From the sequence record DRR723986_4151: a DNA stretch of 64,000 nt, one strand, 5' to 3'. Positions 9,953 to 19,800 of the stretch are shown here, in pieces. Each line of letters begins with the position of its first letter. Within the stretch, counting starts at the first letter, position 1. Both the position numbers and the translations under genes were made by a program. The notes beneath the pieces are model-generated. The model made no database searches, was not told the DNA's origin, and was given only the letters and a program-made list of their open reading frames with translations.

Positions 9953-10669
9953 TTACTTACTCGATTTTTCTATCTCGTAGTTAATATATTTTTTCTTCAT
10001 CCATAAATAGGCAAAACAATCCATCAAAGGACCAAGAAGGCGATTCCACAATCCAAATTTAGCAGTACCAGCAATACGCGGAAAGTGTTGCACTGCAACT
10101 TGGGTTACTCTACCATTTTGTAACATAATCATAGCTGGTAAAAAACGATGTAAGCCTCTAAACATTGGGATGCGTTTGGCATAGTCTGCTTTTATAACTT
10201 TAAGCGGACAACCAGTATCATCTATACCATCATGCGTAAAAGCACGTCTGATACCATTGGCGATTTTAGACGACATGTTTTTTACAAACGAATCCTTTCG
10301 GTTAGATCGTACTCCTGTCACCAATTCGTGAGAATCAATATGCTCTAATAAGATATTGAAATCTTCAGGTGCTGTCTGTAAATCAGAATCTATATAGCCT
10401 ACCAGTTCGCTATCCACATAATCAAAACCTGCTTTTATAGCCGCACTTAAGCCTCTGTTTTCTTTAAATGAAATATAATCGAATGCTTCATTACGTTTAC
10501 AAATAGATTCAATTAACTCTTGGCTTTTATCAACAGAACCATCATTAACAAATAGTACAGATGTCGACACTGAGGCGATATTAAGATACTTCGAAAGCTC
10601 AGTTTCTACACGTTCTAAATTATCCTCTTCATTATAAACCGGAACGATAATAGTGAATTTGTATGTCAT
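9953..10669 (-). CDS. GT2 polyprenyl-phosphate glycosyltransferase (ArnC/DPM1/RgtE-like)
   Basis: VPVYNEEDN, FVNDGS, IDSDLQ, DTGCPLK, HRFLP; -7 box TATTTTTG at 10699-10692. Confidence 0.92.
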   Translation of the reverse strand: MTYKFTIIVPVYNEEDNLERVETELSKYLNIASVSTSVLFVNDGSVDKSQELIESICKRNEAFDYISFKENRGLSAAIKAGFDYVDSELVGYIDSDLQTAPEDFNILLEHIDSHELVTGVRSNRKDSFVKNMSSKIANGIRRAFTHDGIDDTGCPLKVIKADYAKRIPMFRGLHRFLPAMIMLQNGRVTQVAVQHFPRIAGTAKFGLWNRLLGPLMDCFAYLWMKKKYINYEIEKSSK

Positions 10670-10779
10670 GCATTTAATTACTTAGTCTGCGCAAAAATAT
10701 TGTTTTTTTGCATTACACCGAAAGCCTATTGGTTTAAACACAAAAAAGGTGTTAATTTGTGCTTAAGAGACGAAACATT

Positions 10780-11721
10780 ATGAAGATTTTAGTTACTGGA
10801 GTTGCAGGGTTTATTGGTTCTCACACCTCTGAGCGTTTACTAAGTTTAGGACACGATGTGGTTGGTGTAGATAACTTTTGTGATTACTACAGTTTAGAGT
10901 TAAAGCAAATGAATGCAAAAGCTGTAGAAGGCAAAGGTGCTACTGTTATAAAGATGGATCTGCGACATCCTGAAGACTACAAGCTCTTGTCTAGTGACTT
11001 TAATTATATTTTTCATTTTGCGGCACAGCCAGGTATATCGCAAACTTCCACATTTGAAGATTACTTTACCAATAATATTATAGCTACCAAACATCTTGTA
11101 GACTTTGCTTTAAAATGCTCTGATTTAAAATTATTTGTGAATATTGGAACATCGTCTATCTATGGCTTAGAAGCAACATTTTCTGAGGATGTTATGGTTA
11201 AGCCAGCATCACATTATGGCGTTACTAAGCTTGCAGCCGAACAATTAGTGCTGCAAAAGAGTAGAGAGCAAAAAATGCAATCTTGCAGCCTACGATTATA
11301 TTCTGTGATTGGTCCTCGTGAACGTCCTGAAAAAATGTACACAAAGCTTATTGATTTAGGACTGAAAGGTGAAGCCTTTCCTTTATTTGAAGGCAGTGAT
11401 AAACACCTAAGAAGTTTTACTTATGTTGGTGATATCGTTGATGGCATAGTCAGTGTAATTGGCAATGAAACTAAAGTAGATGGAGAAATCTTTAATTTAG
11501 GAACTGAAGTAGAGCACACCACACAAGATGGAATCGATGCTGTTGCTAAAGTAATTGGAAAAGAGATTAAAATAGACATTAAACCAAAACGTGCAGGTGA
11601 TCAATGGCGTACAAAGGCCAATATTGATAAAGCCAGACGTATTTTAAATTATAATCCGCAAACCACACTTTTAGAGAGTGTATCCTCGCAGGTGAAATGG
11701 TTTAAGGAAAACTGCCTATAA
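10780..11721 (+). CDS. NAD-dependent nucleotide-sugar epimerase (UDP-glucuronate 4-epimerase-like)
   Basis: MKILVTGVAGFIG, HFAAQPG, SSIYG, YGVTK, RSFTYVGDIV; ATG 10780 preferred over the GTG at 10759. Confidence 0.85.
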   Translation: MKILVTGVAGFIGSHTSERLLSLGHDVVGVDNFCDYYSLELKQMNAKAVEGKGATVIKMDLRHPEDYKLLSSDFNYIFHFAAQPGISQTSTFEDYFTNNIIATKHLVDFALKCSDLKLFVNIGTSSIYGLEATFSEDVMVKPASHYGVTKLAAEQLVLQKSREQKMQSCSLRLYSVIGPRERPEKMYTKLIDLGLKGEAFPLFEGSDKHLRSFTYVGDIVDGIVSVIGNETKVDGEIFNLGTEVEHTTQDGIDAVAKVIGKEIKIDIKPKRAGDQWRTKANIDKARRILNYNPQTTLLESVSSQVKWFKENCL

Positions 11722-12795
11722 ATTTAATAAGTACTCAGCTGCGGCAAAGGGAGTGGTTTTGCCTTCTTCAACTAATTTAATCTGAGCTTTTAATTCATTT
11801 TTAATTTTAGGTGATTTATAGAAGTTGGCTTTTAGACGCTCTTCAATTGTTTGCAGTAACCAAAATGTATTCTGATTATTTCTATTGGTTTCGAAGTATC
11901 CGTTTGATGAGGTTGAAGAAATATAATCTTCAATCATTGCCCACACATCCGAAATTCCTTCTTGTTTTAAGGCACTACATAGTGACACTTTAGGAGACCA
12001 ACCTGAATCTTTTTCAGGATATAAGTGTAATGCTCTATTAAACTCTACTTTAGCTGACTTAGCCGCTTTTAGGTTGTCACCATCGGCTTTATTAATAACA
12101 ATAGCGTCTGCCATTTCAATGATGCCACGTTTTATTCCTTGAAGTTCGTCACCTGCACCTGCAAGTTTTAATAGTAAGAAGAAATCCACCATACTGTGTA
12201 CCGCTGTTTCACTTTGTCCAACTCCTACGGTTTCTATAACAATGGTATCAAATCCAGCAGCCTCACATAGTATGATAGTTTCTCTCGTTTTCCTTGCAAC
12301 ACCACCTAATGAATAGCCAGAAGGTGAAGGCCTTATAAAAGCATTCTGGTCTTTAACCAGATCTTCCATACGTGTTTTATCACCGAGAATACTACCCTTA
12401 CTTAAACTACTACTTGGGTCTACGGCTAATACAGCTACCTTCTTATCTTTGTTAGTTAAGTAGATACCAAAAGCTTCAATAAAGGTACTTTTCCCAACGC
12501 CAGGAACTCCTGTTATTCCTATCCTTATAGATTTATTGGCAAAGGGTAAGCATGCTGTGATAATTTCATTCGCTTTTTTGGTATGTAAAGGATTTGTGCT
12601 TTCTACAAGTGTAATAGCTCTACTCAATGATGTAATATCTCCTGATGTAATACCAGTTACCAAATCATCTACGGAGGGCTGTTTTTGTCGTTTAGCCTTT
12701 ATGTTTTTAGCAGAGTCTTGGCTTAATGATTCAGGTGGTTCTATACCATCTTGCTCATTTAATGCAGACTTATGTGACCCTTTTTTTTTAGACAA
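11716..12795 (-). CDS. meaB: Methylmalonyl-CoA mutase-associated GTPase
   Basis: GITGVPGVGKST, AVDPSS, GDKTRM, ETVGVGQSE, GDELQGIKRG, NKADG. Confidence 0.95.
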   Translation of the reverse strand: MSKKKGSHKSALNEQDGIEPPESLSQDSAKNIKAKRQKQPSVDDLVTGITSGDITSLSRAITLVESTNPLHTKKANEIITACLPFANKSIRIGITGVPGVGKSTFIEAFGIYLTNKDKKVAVLAVDPSSSLSKGSILGDKTRMEDLVKDQNAFIRPSPSGYSLGGVARKTRETIILCEAAGFDTIVIETVGVGQSETAVHSMVDFFLLLKLAGAGDELQGIKRGIIEMADAIVINKADGDNLKAAKSAKVEFNRALHLYPEKDSGWSPKVSLCSALKQEGISDVWAMIEDYISSTSSNGYFETNRNNQNTFWLLQTIEERLKANFYKSPKIKNELKAQIKLVEEGKTTPFAAAEYLLNL

Positions 12796-12797
12796 AC

Positions 12798-13367
12798 TTA
12801 TTTATTTTTATTTGCTTTATATACTTCAATTAGGACTTCAATTTTGGTGCTATCCCACGCCATTGATAGCTTTAAATCTCTAGTTGTATTATCAAATGCA
12901 ATGGTAAACTTTTCAACCGTTGTATCTAATTGTTTCGTAGGGACTTCTATTTCTAAAACATCGTAATTAGGATCCCACATAGGTTCCATTTTTTCATCGA
13001 TTCCCCATTCGTATTGATTAGAATTGAACATCACTTTCCATGAGTTTTCCATCGGAACTGTCCAAATGGTATATTTCCCTTTCTTTAATAATATACCATC
13101 AATCATTAGGTCTTTATTGGTAGTAAAGGTGGTTGCTTCATTCGCACCTGTACGCCATACTTTGTTAAAAGGAACCAAGGCACCAAATATATCACGGTCA
13201 CGTTTAGAAGGTCTATTATATTCAACTTTTAGGTCGAGATCGTTCAATGATATTTTAGCCTTATCCTTAGGGCTTAAGCGTGGTGAAAAAATATTTTCTA
13301 CAAATACAGAATATAACAATAATCCTAATGCTATGATGGATAATACAATAAGGAGGCGTTTTAGCAT
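12798..13367 (-). CDS. DUF2911 domain protein
   Basis: SP...YNRPSKR.R.IFG.LVP...VWRTGANEAT. Confidence 0.9.
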   Translation of the reverse strand: MLKRLLIVLSIIALGLLLYSVFVENIFSPRLSPKDKAKISLNDLDLKVEYNRPSKRDRDIFGALVPFNKVWRTGANEATTFTTNKDLMIDGILLKKGKYTIWTVPMENSWKVMFNSNQYEWGIDEKMEPMWDPNYDVLEIEVPTKQLDTTVEKFTIAFDNTTRDLKLSMAWDSTKIEVLIEVYKANKNK

Positions 13368-13491
13368 GGTCTTATCTTAAGCAGTTTTAGTTTAATTCAA
13401 AATTTAAAGATAATTCAAATCCCTAAATTTATAGAATACAAACGGCTATTTTTAAGTAAATCTTATAATTAGAATATTTTTTAATTTTTTT

Positions 13492-13518
13492 TGCAACACT
13501 TAAAATTATCTATCGTCT
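13492..13518 (+). promoter_or_regulatory. ECF-sigma-type promoter
   Basis: TGCAAC (13492-13497) - 16 nt - CGTCT (13514-13518) directly upstream of the ECF sigma gene. Confidence 0.6.
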
Positions 13519-13552
13519 TTAATGTGATACCAATCAAAAACCAAAAAATAAA

Positions 13553-14467
13553 ATCAGTACGTTACAAGTTCATATTGTTGAAAAATGTAAGCAAAACGAT
13601 AGGCAAGCGCAAATGCAATTATATAAGCAATATTGCGATGGTATGCTCATAGTTGCACTACGTTTTGTACAGGATACTATGGAAGCAGAAGATATTGTGC
13701 AAGAAGCATTCATTAAAGCTTTTACCAAAATAGATCAATATAATGCTGAGGTAAGTTTTGGAGCCTGGTTAAAACGAATTGTTATAAATAGATGTATTGA
13801 TGTTTTAAAATCTAAGCGTCAACGTTTATTAGAACTAGAAGAGCGAAGAGAGTCTATTTTGGTTAAGCGATTAGAAGCTGGAAATAATAGCAAGGTGAAG
13901 AAGGTGATTAAGATAAAAATCCCTAAGAAAGCCAAGTTAAAGACAAACATTAGACATGGTGAGTTAAAATTATCTTCTGTAATTTTTGATATGCAAGGAG
14001 ATATATCACATTCAACATTATTAGCTAACAGTATTGATGGAAGTAACACTTCCATCAATACATCTTATTCTCAAGTGTTGATTAATAGTTGGAAGAATGG
14101 AACTTTAGGTCTCAATTATGTCGATGAGGCCCTATTGAAAAATGTAGAAGGTTTAACATTAAACTCTAATTCTTCCGACATTAATATTGATTATCTGTCT
14201 GGAAATAATATTATACACGGAAGTTTTGGCGAATTAACCATACATAAAATTCTAGATTCGTTTAATAATCTCAATATAATTTTAGAAAACAGTGAAGCTA
14301 TGGTAAGGTTGCCAGAAGTTGATTACAACCTTATGTATAGAGGTGATCGTTCTAGATTTAACAATGAACCTACAAAACAAAAAACGATTAAAATTTATCC
14401 AGAAGGTGGTAGCTCTAATCGTACCATAATTATCAATGCTAAGTTTAGCCATATCGTTATGCAATAA
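13553..14467 (+). pseudogene. Chimeric ORF: ECF sigma region 2 fused in frame to an unrelated beta-rich C-terminal domain
   Basis: EAEDIVQEAFIKAF...SFGAWLKRIVINRCID (sigma-2) but no sigma-4 HTH; sequence character changes after LLELEE (~13843); sigma-like N-terminus extends upstream to ATC at 13553. Confidence 0.75.
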
Positions 14468-14498
14468 ACCCTTTAATTATAGAAATATTTAAAGGGTT
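14467..14498 (+). terminator. Hairpin after the chimeric ORF
   Basis: AACCCTTTAA...TTAAAGGGTT 10-bp inverted repeat. Confidence 0.55.
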
Positions 14499-14563
14499 AA
14501 TTCTATTCTTTTCTTCGTGTTTTCCATAAAATAGATTCTTATTTTTATGGAAATTTTTATTTT

Positions 14564-15250
14564 ATGTCCCTTTCTGATTTCGAAAAGTTTTTAAAATCAA
14601 TACAGCCTCATTCTTTACTCAATCCTGATATTAAAACGCAGGACTATATTCCATTAGATTTATCTGTTAATAACGCAGAATTAGAAGATGTAGATGTCAG
14701 TTCTTCAGATGATTTAGAGTTATTCATTTGGAATTATATGAAACTAAACCAAGCTAAAGTGGCCTATGGTGGATACTTAGAACATAGAGGTATTTATGAG
14801 CGAAGTGATTATTTTAATCAAGAAAATGCAGACACAGAACGAAGTATTCATTTGGGATTAGATTTATGGATTGAAGCCAAATCACCTATTTATGCACCTT
14901 TAAATGGAGTGGTGCATAGTTTTAATAATAATACTAACTATGGAGATTATGGACCTACAATAATTCTAAAGCATTCATTAGAAAATTTTGAGTTTTACAC
15001 ACTTTATGGACATTTAAGTTTAGAATCTTTAGAAGAGCTGAAAATCGGAGTAGAAATGAAGCAAGGTGATGAAATAGCTACATTAGGTGCCGCTGCAGTT
15101 AATGGAGATTATCCGCCACATTTACACTTTCAAATTATAAAAGACATTCAGGATTTTCAAGGAGATTATCCAGGAGTTAGTAATAAACTTCAATTAGAGT
15201 TTTTTAAACAAAATTGCCCTGATCCTAATTTATTACTAAAATTGATTTAA
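14564..15250 (+). CDS. M23 family metallopeptidase
   Basis: HLGLD (HxxxD), LYGHL, PPHLHFQI. Confidence 0.9.
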   Translation: MSLSDFEKFLKSIQPHSLLNPDIKTQDYIPLDLSVNNAELEDVDVSSSDDLELFIWNYMKLNQAKVAYGGYLEHRGIYERSDYFNQENADTERSIHLGLDLWIEAKSPIYAPLNGVVHSFNNNTNYGDYGPTIILKHSLENFEFYTLYGHLSLESLEELKIGVEMKQGDEIATLGAAAVNGDYPPHLHFQIIKDIQDFQGDYPGVSNKLQLEFFKQNCPDPNLLLKLI

Positions 15251-15600
15251 TTCCTCTTTTGATTTTTTGCATTAATAAAACTGAAAATTGAGCCTACTAA
15301 AAAGAGGACACCCATAATTGCAATAAATTCCAAGTTAGATTTAATAATGGTACCATAAATAACAAATACTAATCCCATTAATAAATAGAGATAACCATTT
15401 CTCATGTATGGTCCTACAGACTTATTTTTAGAATTAATATTACCTTCAATTAGTTGATTGATTTTAGTCGCTTTTTCTGTACAAGTTCCGATGCGTGCTA
15501 TACCATCATCAATTTCTGTTAAGCAGTCTTTACAAATACCCTTATTGCAATTTTTTCAGATACCAAGGGCATCTATAGTTTGGTGATTAAAACATTTCAT
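15247..15600 (-). pseudogene. Cys/His (B-box-like) finger plus two-TM protein interrupted by an in-frame TGA
   Basis: Own translation: MKCFNHQTIDALGI*KNCNKGICKDCLTE...YLYLLMGLVFVIYGTII...FIAIMGVLFLVGSIFSFINAKNQKRN; TGA is codon 15 (15558-15556). Confidence 0.75.
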
Positions 15601-15609
15601 AGGCAAATC

Positions 15610-16128
15610 TTAATTTAAGAACTTTTTAAAATCATCTATAGCATAGGCTTTGTTATAATCGGCTTCATCGATGGTATTACCTTCTGAACAGTCATAGTCC
15701 ATAGTGATTTTCCATTCACCATCAATTTTTTTGAAAAGTACATGAAATTGTCCGTAATAGGCTTGTTCTTTATCGGTGCCCTTATTTCTCACTAATTTAT
15801 ATATACCACGTTCGCTCGCTGTAGAGTCGTTGTTAATACGTTCCAAGAATCTAAGGGATATATGACTGGTTTGATTGGCCTCTTTATCGCGTTGAGAACT
15901 TGCTTTATAATTGGCAATATATGTGTCATAGTCTAAAATACGTCTACCACCTGAAACTCGCACTAAGTCTTCAGAATGAATTTCCGCCATTAGTGTGTGA
16001 TCTAGTGTTTCAAATGCTTTATAAAATTTAGCCCAAACAGTGTTTATTTCCACCAAATTTTCCTTTGTTTGGGCGTTTCCTGTTAATAGAAATAGTGAAA
16101 TTATTAATAACTGAACAATGCTTTTCAT
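15610..16128 (-). CDS. Exported NTF2/SnoaL-like (DUF4440-type) protein
   Basis: Signal peptide; ASERGIY...YYGQFHVLFKKIDGEWKITMDYD. Confidence 0.8.
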   Translation of the reverse strand: MKSIVQLLIISLFLLTGNAQTKENLVEINTVWAKFYKAFETLDHTLMAEIHSEDLVRVSGGRRILDYDTYIANYKASSQRDKEANQTSHISLRFLERINNDSTASERGIYKLVRNKGTDKEQAYYGQFHVLFKKIDGEWKITMDYDCSEGNTIDEADYNKAYAIDDFKKFLN

Positions 16129-16129
16129 C

Positions 16130-16543
16130 CTAATTGGAGTCTTGATTAATCTTTTTACTGCCTAGTTGTTTACCAATAAGAAAACCTACAATGGCAAAAA
16201 TTCCATCTGAAAGTGTAAACCATAATTCCTTTGGTAGCATTACAATATTAAAAAATGTTGCAGCTAGCATTAATCCTCCCACAATATAGCTTGGAATCAT
16301 ACTTGTTTTAGAAATTAGTGCAGCAACTAACATTCCTGCCACAATTCCTGCAAAGTGTGCGATAACAACAAAAACTTTAGCACCTATTGGTATTTTATCC
16401 ATGTTATTTTGCAGCCATTCCATATCCATTGGTTGCGCACCCTCAGGTAATGGAAATAAAACTGGGCCTAATATACTTTCAAATAGGTATACCGTTACAG
16501 ATGCTACAATAAAACCAACAATAGCGGCTAATACATTTCTCAT
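16130..16543 (-). CDS. Hypothetical four-TM membrane protein
   Basis: 137 aa, four hydrophobic stretches, 1-nt gap to the downstream gene. Confidence 0.8.
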   Translation of the reverse strand: MRNVLAAIVGFIVASVTVYLFESILGPVLFPLPEGAQPMDMEWLQNNMDKIPIGAKVFVVIAHFAGIVAGMLVAALISKTSMIPSYIVGGLMLAATFFNIVMLPKELWFTLSDGIFAIVGFLIGKQLGSKKINQDSN

Positions 16544-16767
16544 AATTTCTTGATTTAGTTAGTGAAATAAAGATACAGAAAATTGATTTATAGGTGCTAT
16601 CTACCTTATAATCAATGGATATTTGTGACTTATGTAGAATATTTGGGTCTTATTAGTAAAGGAACTAGTTTTCCTTGATTAATGAAACATAAAGTAAATC
16701 CTTAAATGCGGATCTCTAAAAAGAAACATTAATCTTCATAAAACATATTATAACACTTGGGTTATAC

Positions 16768-16802
16768 AAAAAAATCCTGATGACACTCATCAGGATTTTT
16801 TT
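16768..16802 (-). terminator. Intrinsic (bidirectional-type) terminator of secA
   Basis: Perfect inverted repeat AAAAAAATCCTGATGA-cac-TCATCAGGATTTTTTT. Confidence 0.9.
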
Positions 16803-16827
16803 GTAGTTATAAATGATTTTGATTTTA

Positions 16828-19800
16828 TCAGTCATTTACCAATACCCATTCACCTTTATCAATTAAAGGAATGGCTTGTTTATATTTTACCACTTTACTT
16901 TCTCCGCTCATTACGTGTTTTATAGTAACACGATCATTACGACCTATTTTAGGCTGCTCTCTTACAATAGTTTCTACTACTTGTTGTTGACGAGAAGCTC
17001 CTTGGCCTGCAGCTCTGCTTTGAGCTGCACGTTCGTCCATATTAGGAATTTCTTCTTTCTGTGTTTCTAGCTTTTCTTGCTTTCTACGCTTAGCTTCTTG
17101 AATAGTATCAGCAGTTTCTCTCGGTATTTCACCCTTAAACAAGAATGAGATTACATCTTTATTTACTTGGTCTATCATGCCTTTAAATAATTCAAAAGCT
17201 TCAAACTTATAGATAAGTAAAGGATCTTTTTGCTCATGTACTGCTAATTGCACCGATTGTTTTAACTCATCCATTTTACGCAAGTGCGTTTTCCATGCAT
17301 CATCTACAATGGCAAGAGTAATGTTCTTTTCAAAATCATTAATAAGTTGTTTACCCTTAGACTCGTAAGCTTTTTCTAAATCGGTAACCACTTGTAGATT
17401 TTTTACACCATCAGTAAATGGAACTACGATACGTTTAAATTTGTCACGTTGTGTGTTATATACATTTTCTATAACAGGAAATGCCAAATCTGCCGCACGT
17501 TGCATTTTTTCACGATAGTGTTTAAAGGCTTCTTTATAGATTGTGCCAGCAATTTCTTGTGCACTCATTTTGGCAAACTCATCTTGTGTAATAGTTGAGG
17601 CCATTGAGAAATAACGAATTAACTCAAACTCAAAGTTTTTAAAATCGTTAGCATCTTTATTTGTTTCTGAAATACCTTCAGAAGTATCAAAAATCATATT
17701 AGCTAAATCTACACGCAGACGTTCTCCATGTAAAGCATGGCGACGACGCTTGTAAACTACTTCACGCTGCGCGTTCATAACATCATCATATTCTAATAAT
17801 CGCTTACGTACACCAAAGTTATTTTCTTCTACTTTTTTCTGTGCACGCTCAATTGACTTGGAAATCATTGAATGCTGAATAACTTCGCCTTCTTTAAGGC
17901 CCATTCTATCCATCATCTTAGCAATTCGCTCAGAACCGAATAAACGCATTAAATTATCCTCTAATGATACATAGAATTGAGAACTTCCAGGATCACCTTG
18001 ACGACCAGCTCTACCACGCAACTGTCTGTCTACACGACGTGAATCATGACGTTCTGTTCCAACAATAGCTAAACCTCCAGCTGCCTTTACTTCATCACTT
18101 AATTTAATATCTGTACCACGTCCAGCCATATTGGTTGCTATGGTAACTTGACCAGCATTACCGGCTTCTGCTACAATTTCTGCTTCGCGCTTGTGTTGCT
18201 TTGCGTTAAGTACATTATGTGGAATTTTTCTTATGCTTAACATCTTACCTAACAACTCAGAAATCTCTACATTGGTTGTACCAATAAGTACTGGTCTACC
18301 AGCATTAGATAATTCTACTACTTCATCAATTACCGCATTGTATTTTTCACGCTTTGTTTTATAAACCAAATCATCTTTATCGTCTCTTGCAATTGGTCTG
18401 TTAGTTGGGATTTCTACAACATCTAATTTGTAGATTTCCCAGAATTCACCTGCTTCTGTAACCGCTGTACCTGTCATACCAGATAGTTTACGGTACATTC
18501 TAAAGTAATTTTGTAGTGTTACTGTTGCAAAGGTTTGAGTTGCAGCTTCGATCTTAACATTTTCCTTTGCTTCAATTGCCTGGTGTAAGCCATCAGAATA
18601 ACGACGACCATCCATTATACGACCCGTTTGCTCGTCTACAATCATTACTTTGTTGTCCATAACAACATACTGCACGTCTTTTTCAAAAAGTGCGTAAGCT
18701 TTTAGTAACTGATTGAGTGTATGGATACGTTCAGATTTCACACCGAAGTCTCTAAATAAGTCTTCTTTAAGATTTGCTTCTTCTTCAGATGATAAGCCTT
18801 GAGATTCTATTTTAGCAATTTCTGTACCCATTTCTGGCATTACAAAAAAGTTAGGATCATCTTCACCAGAAAGGAATTCAACACCTTTATCTGTTAATTC
18901 AACTTGATTGTTTTTTTCATCGATAACATAGTAGAGTTCAGCATCAACTTTAGGCATTTCTCTATTGTTATCTTGCATGTAGAAGTTTTCTGTTTTTTGA
19001 AGGAGTTGTTTTACACCTTCTTCAGATAAAAACTTAATTAAGGCTTTATTTTTAGGAATACCTCTATAAGCTCTTAATAATTGAAAACCACCTTCTTTAG
19101 TGTCTCCAGCCGCAATTAATTTCTTAGCTTCTGCTAAAACACCAACCAGATATTTACGTTGTACGTCCTCAATTTGTTGAACTTTTGGCTTTAAGGCATC
19201 AAATTCGTGCTCATCACCTTTTGGTACTGGTCCTGATATAATTAAAGGTGTACGTGCATCATCAACCAATACAGAATCGACCTCATCTACAATAGCAAAA
19301 TGATGTGGGCGCTGCACTAAATCTTCTGGAGAATGTGCCATGTTATCACGCAAATAGTCGAAACCAAACTCATTGTTAGTTCCGTATGTAATATCTGCAT
19401 TGTAGGCTTTGCGTCTTGCATCAGAATTTGGTGTATGATAGTCAATACAATCTACACTCAATCCATGAAATTGAAAAATAGGTGCCATCCATGCGCTATC
19501 TCGTTTAGCCAGATAATCATTTACAGTTACTAGGTGTACACCTTTACCTGCTAAGGCATTTAAATATACAGGTAAAGTGGCTACTAATGTTTTACCTTCA
19601 CCAGTTTGCATCTCTGCAATTTTCCCTTGATGCATTGCAATACCACCTATGAGCTGTACATCATAATGTATCATATCCCATGTAATTGATTTACCTGCTG
19701 CATCCCATGAATTTGCCCAAATAGCTTTTTCACCATCTAGAGTAACATAATCGTTCTCTCCAGAAATTTCTCTGTCAAAAGGATTTGCTGTAACTTCAAT

